DNA of 63,905 nt, counting the filler, from Phoronis australis (Eukaryota; Animalia; Phoronida), in assembly GCA_002633005.1 (NCBI GenBank). It is 7 parts of 7 records of this genome, joined end to end, with 100 filler letters (N's around TTAATTAATTAA, not from the genome) between each part and the next. Parts side by side here need not be neighbours in the genome. Positions count along the whole stretch, not along the records: positions 17,094 to 36,494 come from NMRA01001443.1; positions 36,595 to 55,517 come from NMRA01001455.1; 5 more parts are not named here. The stretch is one strand, 5' to 3'. The translations under genes were made by a program, and so were the position numbers. The notes beneath the pieces are model-generated. The model saw only the letters and a program-made list of their open reading frames with translations. It did no database searches and was not told the DNA's origin. Below, piece by piece: positions 35,891-48,800 of the stretch. Positions within the stretch are counted from its first letter, which is position 1. Each line of letters starts with the position of its first letter.

Positions 35891-36662
35891 AGTCCAACAT
35901 CTCAGTATCGCCGACCGATCACATCAGCGGAACCAATTTTGCTAGGACAAGCTATCCAGATTTCAAACATACTAGCTAAACGAGGTCTTGCGACATCTTG
36001 GTTTTTTGCAAAAAAAAATTTCTACGGAACGCTCTCCGGTTATTGCAGAGCGCAAGGAATGGATTGGAAGAAACATAATAACTAGTGACAGTTTCACCTG
36101 GTTCATTGGCTCTCTCGTCAAGTGAAAAATCTAGCCGAAATCTCGCGCTGTCGTTGAAAACACACGTTGATACAGTATATCGCAGAATCTCGTGATGTCT
36201 TTTCTAGAGCGGTACTAGCGTTATTGAACTCTGCTCTGATTGGCAAGAAACGATTAATAGGGTGGCGAAAAACTGATATGCTGCGCTAATAAGAGAGGGG
36301 TGTAAAATTTTTATTGAAGAATCGTCGCTGACGATGTCCCATTAGACAGTGGAAACAAACACCACTACTGATTTTCATATATGTTGTGATGTGAGCGAAC
36401 GTCGCATACGGCGTGTTTATATTAAAGTCACTATTTCCTTTACTTTCACCTGCTTAGATCACAAATTGAGCTCTGTCAATCGAAAGATATAACTNNNNNN
36501 NNNNNNNNNNNNNNNNNNNNNNNNNNNNNNNNNNNNNNTTAATTAATTAANNNNNNNNNNNNNNNNNNNNNNNNNNNNNNNNNNNNNNNNNNNNAATCTT
36601 AATTGCTTACACCTGATAACTTATAGTCTTATCAGTTACAAAAGTTTCTCATCATTGTGTAG

Positions 36663-36826
36663 TGAGTGGATCCTCTGATACACCAAGTAAAAAGTGCAAG
36701 ACATCAGAAGATGTGTTATCAGGTCATACTATTCGTTGGGAAGTGGAAGACAAGGATCAATGGATGTATTACCCTCTTGATCTTCAAAAGGTCATCACTG
36801 GAGCGTTTAGAGAAGGAAAGGGGGAG
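36663..36826 (+). CDS. PARP2: PARP2-like exon: first half of WWE-like domain 1
   Basis: gtag|...IRWEVEDKDQWMYYPLDLQKVITGAFREGKGE|gtgagt; assignment to this gene is inferred from position and strand. Confidence 0.7.
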
Positions 36827-39800
36827 GTGAGTGGGGAATAAGGGGACACTTGTACGCATCTTAGAACTACAGCTTTATTACCGATTCTAAGCTATTTGAG
36901 AACACGGGTAGTTTGTGCGCATAAGATTTTTCAAGTTGTGTTTCTAAACTGAATCCAATCAGAACATGCAGTTATTTTAATATCATGCAAATAAATGCTC
37001 TGACTGATATATAAATCTGGTACCTTTTTGTTTACTTCTTTTTTGCCTTTGTTTAAACGCCACAGCGTTACAGTCACCAGTCGCTAAATTGACTCCATCA
37101 CTATGGATGATTTTTACTGAAAAGTCGGCATTGCGAATTCAAGGATGACAATGGGCCAGTGAATCCTAAGTCTTGTCTGTTGAATTTTTATATTTGTGTT
37201 ACAACACAGAGATTATTGCCTATTTTCCCAGGCTTTTCTACATACAACTTAATAAACATCTGAATTTAATGGGAATTATAAACACATCAATTCTTTGGTA
37301 AACATCCTGTTTACTTTTGTGCAACCATAAAGCTGGTAGTATCCTTCGTAATTGTTCTTGTTTAACACTGGTTATGTTGTCTCCAGCATGCTCAACACTG
37401 GTCATGTTGTCTCCAGCATGCTCAACACTGGTTTTGTTGTCTCCAGCATGCTCAACACTGGTTTTGTTGTCTCCAGCATGTTCAACACTGGTCATGTTGT
37501 CTACAGCATGCTCAACACTGGTCNAAATTGCCAAAAATAGTTTCGAGTTCGTTTTGAGTACAAAGATTAGAGACCGGGCCCTGGTCATGTTGTCTCCAGC
37601 ATGTTCAACACTGGTCATGTTGTCTCCAGCATGCTCAACACTGGTTATGTTGTCTCCAGCATGCTCAACACTGGTTGTGTTGTCTCCAGCATGCTCAACA
37701 CTGGTTGTGTTGTCTCCAGCATGCTCAACACTGGTGATGTTGTCTCCAGCATGCTCAACACTGGTCATGTTGTCTCTAGCATGCTCAACACTGGTCATGT
37801 TGTCTCCAGCATGCTCAACACTGGTCATGTTGTCTCCAGCATACTCAACACTGGTCATGTTGTCTACAGCATGTTTAACACTGGTTGTGTTGTCTCCAGC
37901 ATGCTCAAATCCAGTGGTCGCATTTTTTCTTGTTATTTTCTGGGATTTGCCTGTTTTGGAAGTGAAACAACCTCTACCCCCTCAGTTAAACTATAATGGT
38001 GTTTATTGTCTTATTTATTTAATACCTATTGAGTGACATCTTTTATCAATTTTGAGTGGATGTCCGAAGGCACTCTCATTTGTCTTATACAGAAAAATCT
38101 GTTATGAAAATGTCTGCTTGTCATTCGCTGACTTTTGTTATACATGTCATGCGATCACTCTCCTCTGTCTCATTGGTAGGTAACGCTATTTCGATTTGTG
38201 TAATGGCTATTGATGAATAGCGGATTTGCAGCGCAAACAAACTACGCATTGCGCATGTGCGAGTTACTTCCTGCGCGAAGGCTCATGGGATAGCTTGTGG
38301 TCAGGCATGTCTTGAGCAGGCTGGATAGTGTGTGCATTTGGAGTGATTTGCAAACTAAAAACCATGTTTCATTTTTTTGCTTTATAATACCAAGCAAGTC
38401 CTCTCTCTCGTTTGTAAACACAGCGTAGCTATGATCAGTGACCGTGTGACCGAGGGCACAACTGTCGTCATGTTCAGTATTGGGGCTATCGGCGTTGATT
38501 TCGAAATCTCCTCCGGTTTCAGACAAGTTGAGAGTTCTTGGGTTGCTTAACTTTTGTAGCTTTCGCCGTGGATATGCTAGAGACGTTAATTTTAAGAGGA
38601 AACTCCGTCGGAATGTTGTTCTCATACGTCTTTTTTCCACCAGGAAAATGTTCGCTGCACACACGATGGCCCCTAGGCAATTACATCGCACTGGATGCCG
38701 CAGGCATTCAGGGGCGATAGTACATCCTCACAAAAAGTTACTCATTTCAAAATACAGCAAATAAAATCAAATGAACCATACATATAGGAACACGGAGTTA
38801 TAATTAACACATACCACGACTCTGGATACAATTTAGTCAGCAAAACTTGAACAAATCGATGAAAATCTGTCGCGGTTTGCTCGAGTTTCTCTCAGTTACC
38901 GGGTGCCATTTTGAGGAAGTTACGTGAAATTACGCATGTTGACGAATAAAAAGTCTAAGGGACACAGATCTTACAAGTTTCACCCGATACCTTCTCATGC
39001 TATTTTACAAGTGTCACGCGCTAGCGTCACGCGCTTCGCTGAGTCTCGCGCTAACCTTTGCCTAACTCACGTGATTCAGTTGACATGCTTTATGGTTATC
39101 GCGCACGTGGTGATAAAATTAACGGCAACCAAAAAAGTGAAGTTGTAATTCTTCGCCAAAGTCAACTTAATTCTCACAACTAAGCTTAAGATATGTATAG
39201 AAGTAGAAAGGACCAATGATGAAAGTAAGCGTTTTTTAAATGATAGTTTTAAGTGTAGAATGTATTTTTGACGAGGTGAAAACTCGAAATCGGTAATCCA
39301 AATCCGGTCACGACCCGTTTAAAATACACTGAAGTAACGAAATGAGTACAGAAAGCGAATGGAAGTATTGTAGCCCCTATATGGCCAACCGAGGGGCTAC
39401 GTGTTGCCTACTAGATGGCTCCGCGTTGGTTTGAATGCGCTAAATCTCCCCTTACTCCCAGCTCTCCTAATGTTGTTTATCCATTTTTCACGAAGTTCTT
39501 GGTTTGCAGGGAACACATAAAAACTCAGATTTTTATCTCTCTTGTTGTTTTTGAAGCAGCCAGGAACACAACAAGTGTATCCGCCGTAAGTTTTCTTCGC
39601 GCTCATACCGCGTATTATGCTTGATACTATGGCCGCTTTCGGAATCCTGACCACAGCACCCACAATGCACCATTTTAACCTAATTTCAATATGGCGTCGC
39701 TGCAAATCCGCTATTGTTAGTATAGCAGAGGTTTATGAAAGAGCGCCATCCTTAAAAAGGGCACATGGCTACTTGCGGTGTAGTCAGCTTGTGAGTTGAA

Positions 39801-42800
39801 GCAGAACATTGTGATTAAAATGTTGGCATCATTGTCTTTGCTCAGTTATGTTGGATTATATTTGTAACAAGATAGCGTCGTTTGCACCGACAGGTAACAG
39901 TCAGTCTGGGAACTAGTGAGGATGTTGTCATCAATTTTGTCAAGATGACCGAGAAAGCAAAGTCGGGTTGGCAGAAACGAATCAGAGCTGCTGTACAGGA
40001 CAAGAAAGGTAACTAAAGCTTGTGTAGGTCATTGTCGTAGTTCCCAATCTTCATGAAAAACCTGGAAAATGACGGAAAGTGTCCTATAAAAAAATTTCAG
40101 GTGGAAATTGTGAAGTTTTGGGTCAAAATCTGAAATTTCGGTCAAGATGACCAAGAAAGCGAAGTCTGGTTGGCAGAAACCAATCAGAACTGCTGTACAG
40201 GACAAGAAAGGTAACTAAACCTTGTGAAGGTCATTGTCGCAGTTCCCAATCTTCATGAAAAACTTGGAAAATGACGGAAAGTGTCCTATAAAAAATTTCA
40301 GGTGGAAATTGTGAAGTTTTCGGTCAAAATCTGAAATTTCGGTCAAGATGACCGAGAAAGCGAAGTCTGGTTGGCAGAAACGAATCAGAACTGCTGTACA
40401 GGACAAGAAAGGTAACTAGACCTTGTGAAGGTCATTGTCGCAGTTCCCAATCTTCGTGAAAAACCTGGAAAACGACAGAAAGTGTCCTATAAAAAATTTC
40501 AGGTGGAAATTGTGAAGTTTTCTGTCAAAATCTGAAATTTCGGGCTTGAAAAAACAGTTGATACAGCTTGTGACACAGTTCAAGTTTTTGTCGAATTCTA
40601 AGTTGAAAATTTGCATTTATTTGCTAAAATTTTATAAGTTATGCTCAGAAATTATCTTTTAAATGCTATTATTAATGCAAAAGCGATCATTATTTATTCC
40701 ATGGTTTCATATGTGAATGACATGATGATGGGTCATACAACACTGTATTTTCTGGGAAATAGGTTGACTGGGCCACCCTGTAATGTGTAAATATTTTTGG
40801 TTATAAACACGTGATTACGCTAAACCTTCCAGTGAACAGCTAAACATAGTATAATTATCCTTCATAATCACTTCAGTCACGATTTTTTGCTAAAGTTTGC
40901 AAATTTCAACCCAAGATGGACCTGAAGTTTTGTCCTATTCATTTGATCGAATTGCTGCCCATCCTTGAATTTTTACTTGATCTGCATACAACGTGGAATG
41001 ATTACACTTAAAACAAAATATGATTCAGTATAAATGACAGTGTAATCATTGCTGAGAAGTTTGGTATGATTCGTTAAAACAAAATCCTACTTTAGAGTTT
41101 AAAGTCTCCTTCATATCACCATAATGCTAAATGGAGGCTGGATGGTCAAAATTGTGGACCTAGCTGTCATTGCGTTAAACCCTGTCATGCATTGGCAAAC
41201 TAATAATGAATAAAATCTCATGGAAAATTATATAAGATCAGTTAAAAATTTCCCATATAAGTTATCTCGCAGGTGTATGCATTGAGTGAGTGGTACTACA
41301 GACTCCTGCGTTTAATGAGTGATGTGTTCAATGAGTGATGTCATAGGTTTCTGTGTTCATTGACTGATATCACAGGTTCATGTGCTTAATGCTTAAAAAT
41401 TGATATATGTCTACTTTTTGTAGATAGAATAATTGGTGTATAAATGAAACTTATGTCCTGGAAGACTTGTGGAATTAGAATATGGAAATACAATACAAGT
41501 TGGGATTGTTGTGATTCCATATAATTTGAATGCGTGTGTGCATGAGTGCTTAATTACGTGCAAACGGTGTTTTTTTTTGTATCACACATGCTTATATTTT
41601 CATTGAGATAGCCTAGATATTAGTTTAGTGGGAAAACAGGAAGAAAATGTTATTTTAGACTTTGTCACGTGGCAGTGGCAAGACGACAAGAGCCGTTGGT
41701 CTGCGTATGATGTTACAAACTCTGTTGTATTGGAAAAGACCAGAGCTGATGGAGGTGATAAGGTGAATGTGATATGTGCCAAAAAGAGCTGCACAGTGGA
41801 TGTTGTTGCCTGCGAACAAATTGGTGATGAGAATGGGGTCAAGAGAAAGGTTAATCGAAAAATATCAGGTAAGCGATGATGGGGCTTTCTTGAAAAAACT
41901 CAGCTGCATTTTGGTTCCATCATACAATATTTACCTGGTGAAGGATTTGAATGTCCCCAGTAGGAGAGACTATGAATTTTGACTATTGGATGTAAGCGGA
42001 GGGCCATTTCAACCAAACACATTTTGTACATTATTTGTTATCAACATTACAGAATTGTTTATATACAAAATACACAATTTTTTATTATAGTTTGGGCTTG
42101 TAGTTGTTTTCTTGTCCAGGTATGTTAATCGTAATGAGGACTAGTTGCCTATTTTTGTGAATTCGTCTCCCACTTGCCCCTCAAAAAATGACGGGTAATT
42201 GTAAAATGTCTGCTTGAAGCTGCATTTCACCTGTGTATTGGTGTCAGTGTTGGAATTCTTAACCAAAATGCTTTGGGGTTTTAAAAAACGTTAACATCAT
42301 TGCCTAATGAGCTAGCAACTCAAGTCACAGGCAATGCATACCTGTGCTATTTTCAAATCAGCAGTTTTATTGTTGGTCAACCCCATTAAAGTCTGTGGCA
42401 ATTTCTTGAATCCCTGAGTTATCAATATTCTTGTTGGTAACAGAAGCAAAGTCCTGTCATGGTAAGGAATATCACGAGATTGATTTTATCAAAGTAAAAG
42501 GCTTAATTGGTTTTTCTTTGTTTAGCCACCTACACAGGGCAAAATAGAGCTTTAAGTGACGGCAACTGAGAGCATCTGGTCTACGCAAGCAACAGAAACT
42601 TTTACTGTGGAAAAAAAGGAAAATAAAAACAAAATGTTTACTGAAAATATCAGTGAACATCTATCTCATGAGGAAAAACTGAATAAAAATTTGCTTAAGT
42701 ATGTGACATATTCCATTGAATGTAACACTCTAAGCTTGAAACCTTAAATCCCACTTCAGTTCAAAGCAGAATTTTCCACGTTAACATCCGTTACATTATT

Positions 42801-45800
42801 AGCTTATATTTAGATTAGGCGTGGGTTCTAAACTGCTGAATATATGCACAGGCTCGTATCCAAAATGTCTGTAATGAAGTTGTAATGCTATGCTGACAAA
42901 CAGTTCACTATAGTCTTACCACTCACGTGGGTGTTTAACATAGTTGAAACACTTCGAAACAAATTTCACCAATTCTAACATTACCCAATCAAAATGTGGC
43001 GGACTTTTTAACTCGGTATGAATCCATGTTGTCGTGTTATTTCAGATGCTTTAGCCATGCCAAAGATTGAACCGGCAGTTCAGTCAGCATCCTCTACCAA
43101 AAAGAAATCAAAATCTCAGGCAAAAGAAGAACCCCAGCCATCGTCCCCACCCAAATGTAAGTCACAGTTCACACGGTAAATAGGTGAGGGACTGTCCAAA
43201 GGAGGCATGTGTATTTCAGTTGGTTGGGTGACGACTGTTACGTTCTTTTACACTGACAGAATCTTTTCCTTCATTGTTGAAAAATTAGTGTGAATATCTT
43301 CTTGAATTTGAATGAAACAAAAAGAAGCTTTTGATTAATCACTGAATCTTTCAAAAAAATCCGAGGTAAAATGACCTTTGACACAGCTTGAAGTAATTTT
43401 TCAGAAATTGATCTTACCTCATCACTGCAGTGGTTATTGTTTGCCTTGACAGATATATTGCTATCTGATTGCTCTGTGGGTACCATAGTTCTGTATTGTT
43501 ATATATTCTCTTCTTGCTTGCCTGGTCAAAACTTCGTTTATTATGCCCTTGGAAGTGTGGAATGCTATGGATCCACCACCATGTATAAGATGAACATCAA
43601 AAACAATAACAACAACAACAACAACAAAACATGCAGAACATTATGAGTCACTACTGAATTTACTTAAGATGAAAGGCAATGTTTCACCAGCCTCTGCTGG
43701 ATTTTTTTCAAACCTGTGCCACCTCTGGTGGATTCGGTTGGAGCTGAAAAAATTGGTGGGAAGCTTTAGTCAGAATCCTGTCTCATGTGTGTGATAGGTT
43801 GAATTTCAAGCCGCCTTTTCAGTCCAAAGATAGATTTTCAATTCTTTTGTGTATACGCTCTGTCTTTGAGCCATAGAGGAGGCTCGGGATTTGACCTGTA
43901 GCACATCTGAGACAGGATTCTGACTAAAGTATCCTGCCAATTTTCTCAAATCCAACCGAATCCACCAGAGGTCGCACAGGCTTGTTTCCTTTCATCTCAA
44001 GTAAGCTCAGTAATGGCTTGTAATTTTCTGCATATTATACTCGTACTGAATGAGTCATAACGTACAACAATTTAGCAACAACAAAAAACAAGAACAACAA
44101 CAATAAGATTAAAAAGCAGCAGCAACAGCACTTTTGTGTTTATCTTTCTAAAATGGATGACCTTTGGTCCCGTTTGTAAGGTATGTGACAGTGCATATAA
44201 TATTACAGCTCGAACACTCATTCTGAAGGGTAAAGCACCTGTCGATCCCGAGTGCTTGGAGAAAGTAGGCAAAGCCCATGTGTACTACGAAGGAAATGAC
44301 ATCTACGACGCCATGTTGAATCAGGTAAGCTCTCCTGCTACTTGGGTTACCCTTCCATCTAGTGTTGGTTCAATGTTTGTGAGCACCATCTGGCAAACTA
44401 TCAACTTTTTCATTATGATAATTGTAAGGCCAAAAAAATATTTTGTTTTAGTCTGTGCCATAACTGCTAGTTACTGAAGTATTTAAATAAATTGTTTCTA
44501 GACTGTGATGCACTCGTAATTGTTTGGCTAAATCTTTTCAGGAATAGCGATATAGGAGTGCATGACCAAATTTCCGTCGCAAGTCTTGAGTCACTTTCAT
44601 GAAACAGACTGCTGGAATATTCTAGAAGGCTAGCATACAACCTACTTGTACCTTTTGCGAAACATTTACAACTTGCAATTTCAGACCAATCTACAGAATA
44701 ATAATAACAAGTACTACCTAATGCAGCTGCTGGAGGACGATGGTGTGAAAAGTTACAGTGTATGGTTCCGCTGGGGCCGGGTCGGCAAGAGTGGTCAAAA
44801 CAGTCTGTTTCCCTGCGGACCCAACCTGGATGAGGCCAAGGAGATATTTATGAAAAAGTAGCGACATTCACTAATTGTTATTAGTGATTTCTGGTTAATG
44901 CAATGATAAAAAAAACGTGTTCGAAGAGTGATCAACTCACAGAAGTTTGCAGTAATTTCGAAAATCCTTTTTATGCGCCCACATATTTATATGTGGACGC
45001 ATTATGCCGTCATCTCTGTCCGTCCGGGCGGCGTCCGGCGTCCGCTGCTCTATCTCCAAAACCCTTTGACATACGTTCATGAAATTTGGCACATATGTTC
45101 CATTCATGAATGGGACGGCATGTGCGAACTTTCGGTGTGCCCCCTAGTTTATTTACATGATGTTAACAACAGAAGATGACGAATTTTGGACAGATCCGAC
45201 TACCGGTGTGCCCCCTAGTGGCAATTTTAATTTTTTTACGCTTGCCTTTGTATCTTCACAAGTCCTTAACGGATTTTCATGAAATTTGGTATGTAGGCAC
45301 CTATTAGTGAGATGATGCTATCCTCCCGTTTTCAGATGGATTTGACATAGTTTGCGCCACCTAGTGGCCATTTTTAGTGTTTTCGAGTCTGTTTTTGTGC
45401 GTCCACCCCTCTATCAACCAAACCGCTCAAAGGATGATTGTGAAAATTGGCATGTATATGCTTACTATGTAGAGGACGGTTGACGATGATTTTCCGACGA
45501 TTTCGACTACTGTGGCGCCGCCTAGGGGCAGTTTTGTTTTTTTGCGCCTATGGCTGTATCTCCTAAACCGTTCATAGGATCTTTACGAAATTGTGTAAGT
45601 ATATTTATATGATGTTAACAACGGAATATGACGACTTTTGGACGGATCCGACTACCGGTGTGCCCCCTAGTGGCAATTTTAGTTTTTTACGCTTACCTTT
45701 GTATCTTCAAAAGTCCTGAACGGATTTTCATGAAATTTGGTATGTAGGCACCTATTATTGAGATGACGCTATCCTCCCGTTTTCAGATGGATTCGACTTA

Positions 45801-48800
45801 GTTTGCGCCACCTAGTGGCCATTTTTACTGTTTTCGAGTCTGTATTTTTGCGTCCACCCCTCTATCAACCAAACCGCTCAAAGGATGATTGTGAAAATTG
45901 GCGTGTATGTGCTTACTATAAGGAAGACAGCTGACAATGATTTTCAGACAATTTGGACTACTGTGGCGCCTCCTAGTGGCAGTTTTGTTTTTTTTGCGCC
46001 CATGGCTGTATCTCCCAAACGGTTTGCAGGATCTTTACTAAATTTAGCAAATGTATTTATGTGATGTTGACAACGACAATGACAACTTTAGGATAATTCT
46101 GACTACCGGTATGCCTCTAGTGGCAGTTTTAGTATTTGCCTCTAGTGGCAATTTTAGTATTTTACATTGACCTCTGTATTTTCATAGGTCTTCAGGTGTA
46201 TACTTTGTGTGACTATGAAGGAAAAGTTCTAAGTAGAAATTTGTTTCTGGCATTCTAATGCTGCGCTAATCTCGTATGTTGGTAAGTTTGTTTTTAATTC
46301 TATGTTTCTGTGGTGCTTTAAGCAACTGGTGTATAGGATAAGCTTGTATTATGAAGATTACTCACATTTTGCCCCTAGCCTATTGAGGAGACAATGACCA
46401 TGCCTTTCCATTTTGCAAAGTACAACATACTACATATATGCCCTCTACTGGCCACTTTATGGTACCAATAAACAACCCTAGAAGGATACCGTATGCGGTG
46501 CAATTGTGGGCGCATTTCAACGCTCTGCGTTGCTCTTGTTGGAGTTGATATGATGTAGTAATGTACTCCTACATGTTTCAAAATGGTTACATGGTTGCTA
46601 ACCTAAAAGTGACTAGAGTGAGTTTGATTGACTACTTTTCAAAGGATTATGGGATGTAACTTGAATTTTATGTACTATATTAATGTTAACATGTATTTCT
46701 CGTTTAACGCTGGCATTAATGCATGACATAACACTCTGTTGACTTATTTCCAGGTTTTCAGACAAGACGAAAAACGATTGGTCAGAGCGACGCAAGTTCA
46801 AGAAAGTTGCTGGCAAATACGATTTGTTGAAAATGGACTACAGTTCTAAGAGTTTGGACGAAACCGACTCTTCCAGCAAACCGCAGAAAGATGTGAAGAA
46901 AGTTCCCGAGTCTAAGCTTGACAAAAGAGTGCAGGTGCGTTATACTTTCTTTGTCCCTGGTGAAAGCTGCATTTGCCTTGAAAATGAGCTTAAATCAACC
47001 AAGACATTTTGGTGGCTAATCTTAAATCATGTAGGAACCAAGACATTTTGGTGGCTAATCTTAAATCGTGTTTTTTGTTTGGAACACCCGATGCATTTGT
47101 AAGTCAGTTTTAGTTGAAACTTTTGGCATTACGCTTTCTTTCAGACTAAACTGCAATCATGTCTTGAATAAGGAGATTGAATGCTGTTAAGATCAACGTG
47201 GTTCATGTTTTAAAAAGGGAAGGACAATGTTTTTGGCATTATTTTTGTCAGTCTTAACTACATGTAAACAAAGATGCGAGAAACATTACTACTCATCAAA
47301 AATACTTCATACGAAGCTGGTTTAGTTTCAGAATGATATTTTTTATGGGTCAGTTGCTAATAGTTGGATATAACGAACCTGTATTTTGAGAACCAGTTTG
47401 ATGCCCGTCACTCAGTGGAGAAAACTGTTTATCAAAAACTCCGGCAGGTTTTATTCGACCATTACCGGTCAGTTTGCTCTTAGTGGCTGAAACATGTGGT
47501 CACTACTTGTGAGTTTGGGATGTGGATACCAGAGCCCAGCATCTAATATTTTTCCTCGAAATTGATCTTGAAAATATATTCGTCATTCAACTTTCTCCTT
47601 TAGTATCAACTCACTATGATTCTTTGTCATTCTTTGCTTAAACAGATTATAGATTACAAACTCGAGTATAAATTCAAGATTTCGAGTAAAAATTCGAAAT
47701 TTGAGTTCAGGCTCGAACTTGTAGTTTTAATTATGGGGTCGTCAAGTGCAAAACAGGATTACAGTCATCCACGTAAACCATGATATAGTCCAGCACAGAA
47801 TAACAGCCACTTATCTCGAGTTCATACCAAAGTAGAACAGAAAACGTTCTAAATAATTTTCTAGTAATTTTCTAATAATTTTCAAAATCTCTATTCACTA
47901 TTACCCCTTATTCAGTTCTATTATACTACAGTTTTCATAATCCCGATGTAGTGTATTGACTCTTGTTATTCTGTCACTTCTTGCTCAGGATTTCGTTCAG
48001 CTGATATGTGATGTAAAAGCTATGGAGGAAGCTGTCCTTGAAATGAAGTATGATGCCAAGAAGGCTCCCCTGGGTAAGTCTGACATAGTTTTCTTACCTG
48101 TTGTCAACTCGGTACACTTCATCCAAAGTCAGAAACAGACGCCTGCCACAGAGATATCAATGCCTGCTTGGACGAAACATTCTCAAATGAGGATTCCAGT
48201 CAGTTCCATAAATCTTGTACTCATTTGTGTCTTTGTTTACTCACAGTTATTGTGTTTGTATGTCACTAAGTCTTTCAACTAGGGACATTGCACTAAAAGT
48301 TCCTTATTTTTTCTGTGGTATTGAGAACTCAACTTGGAGTTTACTCTTGTTGCGTATCAATGCTGAGAACTAACTTATTGATAGACAGAATACTGCTTAA
48401 AAGTTCAATCAGTGTTTGCACATGTCTGCAAATGCATTGAAACATTAAGGAACATAGTTGAGTATTTGGGACTGCTTCATGGAACCCGCCACTGAATACT
48501 TAGTGTTACTGATTCACTCTACCTTTCTTTGTCTCTGTGATAAGCTAGATTAGATTGACCAAAGTATACATGAACTGATACATGGTGTGCGTGAACTAAT
48601 GCAAGGCGTACGTGAAATGATAAAAGCTATATGTAATAAGTTAGATCAGTTAGATTAGAATGACCAAAACGTTTTACCAATATTTTGGCAGCCTAGCTTC
48701 CTGCCAGGTGGTATAATTAGGTATGTGAAGTAATGCAAAAGGCGTACGTGAACTGATGCAGGCCGTATGCGAACTGATGCAAGCCGTATGCAAACTGATG

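Noticed and set aside
37238-38036. Repetitive ORFs (TSVEHAGDNM)n and (CSTLVMLSPA)n, or a CRISPR-like array
   Set aside because: Translations of a 30-bp intronic minisatellite; no unique spacers, no cas genes, eukaryotic context.
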